Notes: generated by a model from the sequence alone, not told the origin. A stretch of DNA of 64,000 nucleotides from an uncultured Verrucomicrobiota bacterium (GCA_964399775.1 CAYNSH010000001.1:56370-120369), one strand, 5' to 3'; positions 1-8,847 are shown, numbered from the stretch's first letter. Numbers and translations are program-made.

Positions 1-443
1 CCCTGCGCATGCCGCCGGAAGAGGTCGTCCGGATCGATATGGAGGATTCCTGCCGCCGGGCGATGTGGCGCGACAAGATCGAGCAGATGGCTGCGCATCC
101 GGACGACGACCGGCTCTATCCCTGTGCCGCGGGCCTCAACCAATTTCATGCGGATCCGTTTGGTGGGCTTACGCCCTGCCTGATGGCGACCGCCTTCCGC
201 GACGGGGGGGTGGACCGCCCGTTCCGCGAACGCTGGGAGCGCGGATTGGGCGCCATCCGCGAAGCGCGCCGCACGGGCACCGGCGGCAGCTTTGGCGGCG
301 AAATGCGCGGCGCCTGCACGCATTGCCCGGCCTTCAACCGACTGGAAACCGGCAGCGAGGAAATCGAATCGGAGTACATGCAGCGCACCACCCGCCTGCG
401 CTATGAAGCCGCCATGAGCGGTTCGGATGGAGAAGAGACATGA
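1..443 (+). CDS. Radical SAM/SPASM-domain maturase, C-terminal fragment; the gene continues upstream of the window (ORF track 9..443).
   Basis: The translation carries the SPASM/twitch Cys pattern CAAGLNQFHADPFGGLTPC and a downstream GACTHCPAF, as in PqqE/MftC-like peptide maturases. Its TGA stop overlaps the ATG of the next ORF in an ATGA. Confidence 0.6.
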   Translation, partial: LRMPPEEVVRIDMEDSCRRAMWRDKIEQMAAHPDDDRLYPCAAGLNQFHADPFGGLTPCLMATAFRDGGVDRPFRERWERGLGAIREARRTGTGGSFGGEMRGACTHCPAFNRLETGSEEIESEYMQRTTRLRYEAAMSGSDGEET

Positions 444-625
444 TGCCAGAAGCCCTTCAACGCATCCCGGTCGAGTCCGGGCTGGTCGCCCGGCGCCCTT
501 ACGAGAAGCCGCGGATCACCCGCGTGGACCTGGCCCTGGCCGAAACCCTATCGGAAGGCTGCAAACTGGAGACCAATCCGGGCTGCGTGGGACCGCCCAT
601 CACGGCCTACGAGGGAGGTTCGTGA
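440..625 (+). CDS. 61-aa protein, a candidate modified-peptide (RiPP-like) precursor with a C-terminal Ser (…AYEGGS), in an operon with the rSAM and the kinase.
   Basis: Its ATG overlaps the rSAM stop (acATGAtg), with GGAG 9 nt upstream. Its TGA overlaps the GTG start of the kinase (GTGA). The segment KPRITRVDLALAETLSE resembles the PqqA-type leader recognition motif, and the C-terminal Ser matches known substrates of HprK-like kinases in lasso-peptide clusters. Confidence 0.45.
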   Translation: MMPEALQRIPVESGLVARRPYEKPRITRVDLALAETLSEGCKLETNPGCVGPPITAYEGGS

Positions 626-1662
626 CCGGCAACGGTCATCTGGATATCGGTCCGCTGCGGTTCGCGCTGCGGACCGATCGGTCTGCCCCGGTGCGATATG
701 CCGACCCGGCGTATACGGGATTCTTTTCGACCTCCGGGGAGTTCAATATTCAATATTCAATATTCAATATTCAACATTCAAGGGTCGAGGGGTTGGCGCG
801 CTGGCCCAGCGCGCCGGGATGCGAAGACTTCGACATTCGACATTCGACATTCGACATTCAGCCTTCGAGGGAAGCGGTGGCCTGCGCTCCGCCTCCTGTC
901 CATCCCCTTCTCGAATTACCCGTGGCGATCACCGAAGGCGTTGGCGAAATACCTGCCACTCCGCCGCTGTGGCGCGCGGGGAACCACTGGGCGGTCTGGG
1001 ATGATGGGGCGGAACTGGCTTTCCACGTTGGCCTCGAAGCGCCGGAGGCGGTGCGGGCGTCGTGTCGCGTCGCGAAGAATGTATCGCGGGCGGAGCTGAC
1101 GGTGCATCCGTCGGCCTGGAAGGACGGCATCTGCCAATCGCCGTTGAAATATCCCCTGGACCAGATCTTGAGCTGGGGTCTGCTATCGAAAATCGGCGGG
1201 GCGCTCTTGCATGCGGCGGTGGCGGTGAAGGACGGGGTGGGGATCGTTTTCGCCGGCCGCAGCGGCGCGGGCAAATCGACGCTGGCGGGATTGTGCCATG
1301 CGGCGGGCTGGCGGATTTTGAACGACGACCGGGCGGTGGTGTTCCGTCGTGGCGGCGAATGGCGCGTGGCGGGTACGCCGTGGCACGGATCGGGGCGCTT
1401 TGCCGAAGCGGCCGAGGTGCCGCTGGGCGGCGTGTACCTGTTGAAACAGGCGCGGGAAAACCGGATCGAGCCGCTGGCCGCGGCGCAGGCCCGGCTGGCG
1501 TTGCTGGACGTGGCGGCGGTGCCGTGGTTCGCCGAGGAGTGGTCGCAGGGCATGTTGGACGGGCTGGACCGGCTGGTGCGCGAGGCCAAAGCCGCGCAAT
1601 TCCATTTCACGAAAACGGCGGCGGCGGTCGACGCGCTGGCGGGGGAGGCGGCGTGGACGTGA
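622..1662 (+). CDS. HPr-kinase-related P-loop kinase (HprK C-terminal-domain family, 'HprK-related kinase' type). The N-terminal region contains an in-frame 41-codon repeat element (742-861). An alternative start lies after the element, near GTG 922.
   Basis: Contains GIVFAGRSGAGKSTLAGL…NDDRAVV…GTPWHGSG, the HprK-like Walker A and capping motifs. The GTG at 622 follows a GGAGG and overlaps the upstream stop. The ORF-track version starting at 427 is probably an over-extension. Confidence 0.55.
   Translation: MTGNGHLDIGPLRFALRTDRSAPVRYADPAYTGFFSTSGEFNIQYSIFNIQHSRVEGLARWPSAPGCEDFDIRHSTFDIQPSREAVACAPPPVHPLLELPVAITEGVGEIPATPPLWRAGNHWAVWDDGAELAFHVGLEAPEAVRASCRVAKNVSRAELTVHPSAWKDGICQSPLKYPLDQILSWGLLSKIGGALLHAAVAVKDGVGIVFAGRSGAGKSTLAGLCHAAGWRILNDDRAVVFRRGGEWRVAGTPWHGSGRFAEAAEVPLGGVYLLKQARENRIEPLAAAQARLALLDVAAVPWFAEEWSQGMLDGLDRLVREAKAAQFHFTKTAAAVDALAGEAAWT
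742..861 (+). repeat. Composite repeat element, copy 1. It has (ATTCAAT)n, a GC-rich palindrome GGCGCGCTGGCCCAGCGCGCC, and (ATTCGAC)4. It lies in-frame within the kinase ORF.
   Basis: The tandem heptamers and the central palindrome are visible directly. A near-identical element lies at 1668-1796. Confidence 0.8.
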
Positions 1663-1667
1663 AGAGG

Positions 1668-1796
1668 GAATTCAATATTCAATATTCAATAATCCATCTT
1701 CAATCTTCAATGGGATTGCAAGGTAGGGCGCGCTGGCTCAGCGCGCCGGGATCCAAGAACTTCAACATTCGATATTCGATATTCGACATTCGGCGT
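1668..1796 (+). repeat. Composite repeat element, copy 2, with the same architecture as 742-861. It lies 6 nt downstream of the kinase stop and is followed by CACGAAT-type inverted arms (1815-1890).
   Basis: Reads (ATTCAAT)n … GGCGCGCTGGCTCAGCGCGCC … (ATTCGAY)n. Confidence 0.8.
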
Positions 1797-1958
1797 TCTG
1801 CCGAGCCGGGATGTGAACCACGAATGACACCAATGGACACGAATAGAAAGCAGGACAAGTTTTCCCCTTTCGTGGATTTTGCGTCTTTCGTAGTGGAACC
1901 GGCTGCCGGACTTTCATCCGTGGGCCGCCGCAGGCATCCGTGGGGGAACCCTCTTGGT

Positions 1959-2387
1959 TCAGCTCGCCGGGCGCTTCAAGACCGCCCGCGCCCAGCGCCG
2001 CAGCGGACGCGTGGTGTAGCGCAACAAGCCGGCCCAGCGCACGCGGCGGGTGTCCAACGGAACTTCGCGTCCGTTGCGGATCACCGATTCGGCCACGCCG
2101 AGGATGTCGTCGGCCGCAACCCAGTCGCCGCCTTCCAGCGCGGCATCGGCGACGGCGAAGATTCGATGGGCTCGCGTTGGGTTGTGAATCAGGCGGTGGG
2201 CGTTGAGCCGGCCATGGATGCGGTACAAGACGATGGAACCCGGTTTCAGCGATGCGGCGGACACCGGCCGGACGCGCAGAATCTGCCCATCGCGGATGGC
2301 GGGATTCATGCTCGGTCCATGGGCGCGAAAGGTCACCGGCGTTTGCTGGCGCAGGAGCGCTTCAATGACTTGCTGGGAGTCGGGCAT
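1959..2387 (-). CDS. S24/S26-family (signal-peptidase/LexA-like) serine peptidase domain protein.
   Basis: Contains GPSMNPAIRDGQIL…PGSIVLY…GRLNAHRLI, a Ser/Lys-dyad peptidase fold motif. The start is placed at MPDSQQ (codon 114 of ORF 1959..2726) to avoid a 300-bp antisense overlap with the hydrolase gene. A longer N-terminus with a TM-like segment is possible. Confidence 0.5.
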   Translation of the reverse strand: MPDSQQVIEALLRQQTPVTFRAHGPSMNPAIRDGQILRVRPVSAASLKPGSIVLYRIHGRLNAHRLIHNPTRAHRIFAVADAALEGGDWVAADDILGVAESVIRNGREVPLDTRRVRWAGLLRYTTRPLRRWARAVLKRPAS

Positions 2388-2427
2388 GACGGGTAAGGCG
2401 ATCCAGATGCAAAAGGTAGTACACGCC

Positions 2428-4308
2428 ATGAACAAGACAAGTCCTGTTTTGAAGAAAGCGGTCGCCGCCGGGCTGGCCGCGCTGGTGTCGATCCCGGTCT
2501 GGGCCGCGCCCCGGACCGGCGAATCGATTGTCGCGGTGCAGACGGGCCGGGCCGAGGCGCGCGTGTTTACCGGCCCGGTGCATGAGGGCCGGACGCAAAA
2601 GCGGAACCTGCACGAGGGGGCATCCGTCGGGGAAACCAGCCAAGTTATGACGGGGCGCGACGGGCGCCTCTGCCTGATCTGCTCGCCCGGGGCCATCTTG
2701 TGCGTGGCACCCAATACCTCGTTCACCTTCGATCAACTTCGGCATACCGCCGACGGGCTGCCGCGCCGCGAAGACGACCTGATTCGCCGCATCCATTTGG
2801 ACCTCCAGCGCGGCCGCATCCGCGTCCAGGCGCCCACGCCGGTGCCCACGCTGGATATCCGCATCACGACACCGGCCGGTCGGATTGAAGCCCAGGGCGG
2901 GGCGTTTGTCGTGGCCCAGGGAAGCGATCGGCGCTGGAACGTCTATTGCGATTCGGACGAATTGACCCTCGTGCCGCGCGATGGCGAGCCCGTTCGCTTG
3001 TCCGCCGGCGATTCCGCGCAGTTCTGGATCAATGAAGACGGCGAAGTGGAAGTGCGCCTGGGCGTTGACGTGGATCCGGATCTGTACCACTTCGAGGTCT
3101 GCAACGCGTTCTTCGAGGATCTGGAGCCGTTCATTGACCAGGAACGCCGCTTCGACCGGGCCGGGTTGGACCGCTACCTGGGCGGCAGCACGCCGATCCA
3201 GGTGCTGGACGACGGAGCGCTGGTCACGGATGTCAGTCCGACCATCCGTCCCTCCGTGGCGGGCCTGACGGTGCCCTCCTTGCCGCCGGGCGGCGGCGAT
3301 GAAGTTGGCGGCCGCTGGGGCGACCAGCGGATCTGGCAGTGGTATGAGCAGATTGGCGTCGTCAAGGGCGTAAACTACATCCCCCGCACCGCGGTCAACT
3401 CCGTCGAGATGTGGCAGCACGACACCTTCGATCCCGAGACCATCGACGAAGAACTCGGCTGGGCCGCCCGCATCGGCTATACGGCCCTCCGCGTCCAGCT
3501 TCAGGTTGCGGTCTGGCAGGACGATTCCAAGGGGTTCCTCGACCGGGTGGACCGGTTCCTCGACCTCGCGGCCAAGCATGGATTGCGAGTCGTTTTGGTG
3601 CTGTTCGACGATCTCGATAGGGCCGGCCAGCCGCCTCAAGTCGGTCCCCAGCCCCCGCCGGTCGAAGGCGAACACAACGCCCGCTGGGTGCCAAGCCCCG
3701 GCGCGGCAGCGGTCAAGGATCGCACCCAATGGGCCGGGCTGGAGCAGTACGTGAAGGACGTGATGGAGAAGTTCAAGCGCGACCGGCGCGTGCTCTACTG
3801 GGACCTCTACAACACGGCCGGCAATGCCGGATTGTGGGAAGATACGCTGCCGCTGCTGGACCAAACCTTCCAGTGGGCGCGCGCGGTCGACCCCTCCCAG
3901 CCCCTGGCCGTGGCGGTCTGGAAGGATTTTGGAAGCGCCATGGCCGCGCGCAAGTTGGAGCGTTCGGACCTGATCACATTCCAGAGCTTCGACAACGTGG
4001 AGAGCATCGAGGCGCGCTTGCTCGCGCTGCAGCGCTATAACCGGCCGATCATCTGCTCGGATTGGCTGATGCGGCAAGTGGGCAACAATTTCGAGAAGGT
4101 GCTGCCGGTGTTCGCCACCTACCGGGTGGGCTGGTTTAACCAGGGGTTGGTCAGCGGCAAAACCCATCGCTTTGTTCAGGACGCGCGCTATCGGGTGGAG
4201 ACCAGCCCCGACGTCTGGCAGCAGGACGTGCTGCAGAAAGATGGAACTCCCTATAGCGAGACGGAAATCGAATTGATCCAGGGATTCCAGTTCCTCGACA
4301 CCCCTTGA
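2428..4308 (+). CDS. Secreted protein with a FecR-like N-terminal domain and a GH5-like (TIM-barrel) glycoside hydrolase domain.
   Basis: Signal peptide MNKTSPVLKKAVAAGLAALVSIPVWAAP. GVNYIPRTAVNSVEMWQ…EELGWAARIGYTALRV are cellulase-family motifs. AAAGG lies upstream of ATG 2428. Confidence 0.6.
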   Translation: MNKTSPVLKKAVAAGLAALVSIPVWAAPRTGESIVAVQTGRAEARVFTGPVHEGRTQKRNLHEGASVGETSQVMTGRDGRLCLICSPGAILCVAPNTSFTFDQLRHTADGLPRREDDLIRRIHLDLQRGRIRVQAPTPVPTLDIRITTPAGRIEAQGGAFVVAQGSDRRWNVYCDSDELTLVPRDGEPVRLSAGDSAQFWINEDGEVEVRLGVDVDPDLYHFEVCNAFFEDLEPFIDQERRFDRAGLDRYLGGSTPIQVLDDGALVTDVSPTIRPSVAGLTVPSLPPGGGDEVGGRWGDQRIWQWYEQIGVVKGVNYIPRTAVNSVEMWQHDTFDPETIDEELGWAARIGYTALRVQLQVAVWQDDSKGFLDRVDRFLDLAAKHGLRVVLVLFDDLDRAGQPPQVGPQPPPVEGEHNARWVPSPGAAAVKDRTQWAGLEQYVKDVMEKFKRDRRVLYWDLYNTAGNAGLWEDTLPLLDQTFQWARAVDPSQPLAVAVWKDFGSAMAARKLERSDLITFQSFDNVESIEARLLALQRYNRPIICSDWLMRQVGNNFEKVLPVFATYRVGWFNQGLVSGKTHRFVQDARYRVETSPDVWQQDVLQKDGTPYSETEIELIQGFQFLDTP

Positions 4309-5606
4309 TGCGACTCTCCGCCTCCATCCGCACCTTGCTGGCGCTGGCCGTCCTGTCGACGCCGTCCATCGGCTTCGCGATCGGCGACAGCTTTTCGGAT
4401 GGGTTCTACACGCGCGGCGTCGAGGCCGCGAGCTACATCGATCAGGGCGGGGCCATCTATGATCCCTTTTACCTCCCGGTCCAGTCGTGGTCGCTCCTGC
4501 CACGCGTGTCCTTGACCGTCACGCACGAGGACAATGTGTTTCTCGAGCCGGAAGATGGCACGGCGAACACATCGGTGGCCCTGGTTCCCGGCCTGTTGGC
4601 GGTCTGGGGCCGGCCGGCGAACAACCACGTCTATGCCGACTACGGCGCCCGCTTCTCGCTGTATGAAAGCGAGGGCGAGGTGAACGACCGTCCCAGCCAC
4701 ATGCTGCGGCTGGGCGCCGTCTATCGCACGGGCAAGAGCCAGATCCAGGCGCAGGCCGGCTTCCGGCATGCGGAGGAAGCCGACGAAGTGCTGGGCGCGC
4801 GCGTGACCAAACGCAATTACAGCCTTGGGCTCGGCGCCGAACACCGGCTCAACGGCAAGAGCAGCCTGGGGCTTCAAGGCAACGTGGAACGCCACGAATA
4901 CGATGCGGAGCGCTACATCGACTACGATCGCATCTATGGCGCCGGACGCTACTACCGCCGCCTGACCCCCAAGAGCCAGGGTTTTGTCCAGGGGGGAATC
5001 GGCCGCGACGAACCGCATCGGTCCGAATATTCCGCCAGCGCCGCGGATTTTTATGACGTGTCGCTGGGGGTGCGCGGCAAGCAGACGCCCAAGATCGGCG
5101 CCGTCGGCCGGGTCGGCTACATGTGGCGGCTCTATGACGATGAGCATCGCGGCGACTACGAAAACTGGGTGGCTTCCTTGCGGGCCAGCAGTTCGCCCTT
5201 CGGTCTGACCACCCTGTCCGCCGAGCTGTATGCCGACATCACTCCGGCGGTCGACGCCGACGGGGTCGATGCGGTCAACCGCGGCTTGACTCTCAAGGCC
5301 AATCGGCGGTTATTCTTTGAACGGCTGCGTGGCAGTGGCTCCTTCACCCTCGGCCAAACGGAATATGTCGGCTTGTCGTCGGGTGCGGATGACGATGCCG
5401 GCACGACCAAGCCTCGCGACGGTCGCACCGACGATTATTGGGGCTTCTCCCTGGGCGTGGATTGGTGGACCAAGAAAAACGTCTCGGTGGGCCTGGCCTA
5501 TTCCTACACGCGCCGGGAGGGCAGCCGGGGCGACGACGCCGAAACACGCCGCGCAACTTCCTACGAATCCGGCCGCTGGACCTTGCGGGTCAGTTGGAAC
5601 TACTAA
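4305..5606 (+). CDS. Outer-membrane beta-barrel protein of the kind associated with polysaccharide export loci.
   Basis: Signal peptide, alternating amphipathic strands, and a C-terminal aromatic end …RVSWNY. ATGA overlap with the upstream gene. Confidence 0.6.
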   Translation: MMRLSASIRTLLALAVLSTPSIGFAIGDSFSDGFYTRGVEAASYIDQGGAIYDPFYLPVQSWSLLPRVSLTVTHEDNVFLEPEDGTANTSVALVPGLLAVWGRPANNHVYADYGARFSLYESEGEVNDRPSHMLRLGAVYRTGKSQIQAQAGFRHAEEADEVLGARVTKRNYSLGLGAEHRLNGKSSLGLQGNVERHEYDAERYIDYDRIYGAGRYYRRLTPKSQGFVQGGIGRDEPHRSEYSASAADFYDVSLGVRGKQTPKIGAVGRVGYMWRLYDDEHRGDYENWVASLRASSSPFGLTTLSAELYADITPAVDADGVDAVNRGLTLKANRRLFFERLRGSGSFTLGQTEYVGLSSGADDDAGTTKPRDGRTDDYWGFSLGVDWWTKKNVSVGLAYSYTRREGSRGDDAETRRATSYESGRWTLRVSWNY

Positions 5607-5651
5607 AATCCGGCATTCCCAGCCAGTCCGGGGTGTGGTAAGAAAAACGCG

Positions 5652-6689
5652 ATGGCCATGAATCCGTTTATGCGAAGAAAAGGCGTGCGCGCCTGGCTGC
5701 TCGGTGCGGCCATCGGGTGGCTGGCGGGCTGCGCCACGCCGGACTTCGGCCCCATGCCGCCAGGCGAGGTGGAGGGTGAGCCGGCGGAGACCCTCGATGC
5801 TTCGCTTCTGTTCCCGGGGGACTACCTCGATTCGCTGTCGAAAGAGGAAGCGGAAGAACCGCTCGGACAGGGCGTCACCCTTCTGCAGGACAAGGACTAT
5901 GTCGCCGCTATTCCCTACCTGGAGCGGGCGCTTCATCGCCAGCCCGAGAATGTACTCATCCTGGAGGCGCTTAGCCTGTGCCTCTATCAAACGGGCCAGC
6001 TGGATCGAATCACCGATCTGTGGGAGCGGCATCTGGAGCAGCAGCCGGACTCCCCAAAAGCCGACGAGTGGCTTGCCCGGGTCCACGAAGCCCGCATCGC
6101 GCCGGCTACCGAGCAAGGCAGGTCGCTGGCCGGGGACGAAGAAATGGCGGAATCCATGCCGCTCGGCGAAGATCCGTATTATTCCGGATATCTGCTCCAG
6201 ACCGGCGACGAGATCGACATCCAGATTTACCGTGAATTGGACCTGTCTGGCCCCTTCCGGATTACGCCCGCGGGCGACATTCGCCATCCGCTGGTGGGCG
6301 CCGTCCCGGTCGCCGGCAAAACCCTCAAGCAGGCGGAAGCCGACTTCACCGCTCTTCTGGCCCGGGATTTCCTCGTCAATCCCCGGGTCATCTTCAAGAT
6401 GCTTTCCACGCAAAGCTCGCAAATCGTCCTCCTGGGCGAGGTGCGCAAGCCCGGTGTGTATCCGCTGCCGGTGGGGGAGCCCATAACTCTGCTGCAGGCG
6501 GTGGCGGGCGCGGGCGGCTTCACCGATCTCGCCAGCCCCGACCGCGTGCGGATCGTTCGCCGTCTGCCGGACGGCCGGACGACCACGATCCGGGTGCGGG
6601 TTTCGCGCCTCCTGTCCGGCCGGGGACGCCAGGAGGACATGACCCTGGAAGCCAACGACGTCATCATGGTGCCGGAAGTGTTGTTTTAA
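5652..6689 (+). CDS. wza: Polysaccharide export lipoprotein, Wza family (Poly_export plus SLBB), with an N-terminal TPR-like segment.
   Basis: Lipobox LAGC. PLVGAVPVAGKTLKQAEADFTALLARDFLVNPRV…VLLGEVRKPGVYPL matches the Wza/GumB family. Confidence 0.75.
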   Translation: MAMNPFMRRKGVRAWLLGAAIGWLAGCATPDFGPMPPGEVEGEPAETLDASLLFPGDYLDSLSKEEAEEPLGQGVTLLQDKDYVAAIPYLERALHRQPENVLILEALSLCLYQTGQLDRITDLWERHLEQQPDSPKADEWLARVHEARIAPATEQGRSLAGDEEMAESMPLGEDPYYSGYLLQTGDEIDIQIYRELDLSGPFRITPAGDIRHPLVGAVPVAGKTLKQAEADFTALLARDFLVNPRVIFKMLSTQSSQIVLLGEVRKPGVYPLPVGEPITLLQAVAGAGGFTDLASPDRVRIVRRLPDGRTTTIRVRVSRLLSGRGRQEDMTLEANDVIMVPEVLF

Positions 6690-6690
6690 C

Positions 6691-8847
6691 ATGCCCGCCT
6701 CCCCCTTCATCGCCACGGAACGCCCCGGCCCCGACGAGCCCGCCAAGTCCTTCGACTGGCGCGAAATGGTGGCCATTGTCATGGAGCGTGCCTGGCTGGG
6801 GGTCGCGGTGTTTGCCGCGGTGTTCCTCTTCTTCACGTTCCAGGCGCGACGCCAGACACCGATTTACCGCAGCACCGCCACCCTGCTGGTGGAAGCGCAG
6901 ATCCCGCGGGTGCTGAACTACCAGGATGTCATGGCCTTCAACCTGCGCAGCCTCGAATATTTCAACACCCACATCAACGCGCTGCACAGCCACACCATGC
7001 TGGAACGGGCGCTCGAGCAAAGCGGACTGGCCGATCATCCGGGATTCTTTCCGGAGATCGAGTCGCGCGCCGGCAAGATCGGCGCGGCCCGCCGGCTGGT
7101 CGCCATTACGCCCATTGAAAAAAGCCGGATGATCCGGATTGTCGTGGAACATCCCGACCCCGCCATCGCCAGCGCCCTGGCCAATGCCATGGCCCGGGCC
7201 TACATCCAGCAGGATCTCGACAACCGCATGGGCACCACGATGGAGGCCGTCGAATGGCTGCGCGCCCGCGCCGAGGAATACCGCGCAAATCTCGAGGCCG
7301 GATTGCTTCAGCTTCAGCAATACCGCGAGGAAACCGGATCGGTCTCGCTCGAGGATGACCAGAATATCGTCATCGAAAAGCTGAAGGCCCTGAACAGCTC
7401 GCTGACGGGCGCGCAAACGGAACGCATTCGGGCCGAAACGGAATGGCAGGCCATTCAATCCCAACTGGCGGATGGGGTCCCGCTGGAGAACATCGTCCCC
7501 CTGCTGGGAGACGGTAGTCTTCAAGAAGCCCTCCGCCGGCTCCAGGAACAGCAGCGCGACGTGGCCCGCCTGCAACAGCGCTATCGCTCACGGCATCCGG
7601 ACTTGGAACAGGCGGTCGAATTGGAACAGAAACTCCAGCACCAGTTCGATCAGGCCGGTAGCAACGCCGTCCATGCCCTCCAAAGCCGGGTGGAGATGTT
7701 GGTGGACCGGGAACGCAACCTTCAGAAGGCGCTTCGGGAGCAGGAACAGGAAGCGTTCGATCTCGACCGGAAATTAGTCCGCTACAACGAACTCAAGCGC
7801 AACGTCGAAGCTGACCAAAGCATCCACCAGGCCGTCATTGCCCGCATGCGCGAAACCAGCATGTCGGAATCGACCCCGTCGGAAATCATCCGCCTGGCCG
7901 AAGAGGCCAGCCCGGGCCGGGTGCCGGTGCGTCCCAACTTGCGGCGGGAAATGATGCGCGGCGCCTCGTTCGGACTGGTGCTCGGGTTTGGCGCCATCTT
8001 CCTGTTCTACTACCTGGACCATCGCTTCCGCCGCAACGAAGAGGTCGAACGGTTGCTGGGCATTCCCGTCGTGGCCACCGTTCCCTTGATTACCGGCAAA
8101 ACGATTGCGGACCGCAGTACCGTGGCGGACCGCAAGCCTTCCGGCGAGGAAGCCGAAAGTTTTCGGACGCTTCGCGCCAGCCTGCTGTTGCGCGACGAGG
8201 TTCGCAAAGCCAAGGTTCTGATGATCACGAGTTCCGGCCCCGGCGACGGCAAGTCGCTGGTGGCCTCCAATCTGGCGATCAGCCTCGCGCAAGATGGTCG
8301 CCGGGTCCTGTTGGTGGGATGCGATCTGAGGCGCCCAATCTTGGATCGGGTATTTTCCGCCCCCTCCGATAAGCCGGGGCTCTCCGAGGTGCTGAAGGGC
8401 CAGGTGTCCTGGCCGGAGGCCTTGCGCCGCCAGGTGTTTATTCATCTCGACCTGCTGTCTTCCGGCTCGATTCCCTCCCACCCGTCGGAACTGCTGGGCA
8501 AACGCGCGTTCGTAGACCTGCTGGCCGAAGCGCGGGAGTTGTATGACCACGTGTTGATCGATGCGCCGCCAGTGCTGGGCGTGAGCGATGCGCTCGTCCT
8601 GCTGCCCAACATGGATGGCGTGTTGTTCATCGTGCGCTACGGCGCCACCCATAGCCTGGGCGCCAAGCATGCCATGGTCAAAATCCAGGCCAGCGGGACG
8701 CCCTGCCTGGGATGCGTCATGAACGGGGTCAATCTCAAATCCCTGGCCAACTACTACTACTATCGCCGCTACGGGGGCTATGCGTACCAACAGTACCAGG
8801 CTCACCCCTCCGCCCTCGGAGAAGCGGACCATCGCACCGAATCATGA
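6691..8847 (+). CDS. wzc: Polysaccharide co-polymerase / BY-kinase (Wzc/EpsB family, PCP-2a).
   Basis: N-terminal TM and Wzz-like domain with coiled coil. Walker A ITSSGPGDGKSLVASNLA, DxD, and a C-terminal Tyr-rich tail YYYYRRYGGYAYQQYQ. Confidence 0.8.
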   Translation: MPASPFIATERPGPDEPAKSFDWREMVAIVMERAWLGVAVFAAVFLFFTFQARRQTPIYRSTATLLVEAQIPRVLNYQDVMAFNLRSLEYFNTHINALHSHTMLERALEQSGLADHPGFFPEIESRAGKIGAARRLVAITPIEKSRMIRIVVEHPDPAIASALANAMARAYIQQDLDNRMGTTMEAVEWLRARAEEYRANLEAGLLQLQQYREETGSVSLEDDQNIVIEKLKALNSSLTGAQTERIRAETEWQAIQSQLADGVPLENIVPLLGDGSLQEALRRLQEQQRDVARLQQRYRSRHPDLEQAVELEQKLQHQFDQAGSNAVHALQSRVEMLVDRERNLQKALREQEQEAFDLDRKLVRYNELKRNVEADQSIHQAVIARMRETSMSESTPSEIIRLAEEASPGRVPVRPNLRREMMRGASFGLVLGFGAIFLFYYLDHRFRRNEEVERLLGIPVVATVPLITGKTIADRSTVADRKPSGEEAESFRTLRASLLLRDEVRKAKVLMITSSGPGDGKSLVASNLAISLAQDGRRVLLVGCDLRRPILDRVFSAPSDKPGLSEVLKGQVSWPEALRRQVFIHLDLLSSGSIPSHPSELLGKRAFVDLLAEARELYDHVLIDAPPVLGVSDALVLLPNMDGVLFIVRYGATHSLGAKHAMVKIQASGTPCLGCVMNGVNLKSLANYYYYRRYGGYAYQQYQAHPSALGEADHRTES

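Noticed and set aside
427-1662. ORF-track start at 427 for the kinase (411 aa).
   Set aside because: The first 65 codons overlap the coupled 61-aa ORF in another frame. The GTG at 622, with GGAGG upstream and a GTGA overlap, is a better start.
1062-2396. 444-aa plus-strand ORF spanning the kinase 3' half, repeat element 2 and the peptidase region.
   Set aside because: A Gly/Arg-rich frame with no motifs. It reads through an intergenic repeat and overlaps two supported genes.
2362-4503. 713-aa minus-strand ORF antisense to the GH5-like gene.
   Set aside because: No recognisable domains. The translation is Arg/Ala/Gly-rich, which is typical of antisense frames in ~66% GC DNA. The sense strand encodes a clear secreted hydrolase.
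5310-6836. 508-aa minus-strand ORF overlapping the OMP and wza.
   Set aside because: Antisense GC artefact. Both sense genes have strong family signatures.
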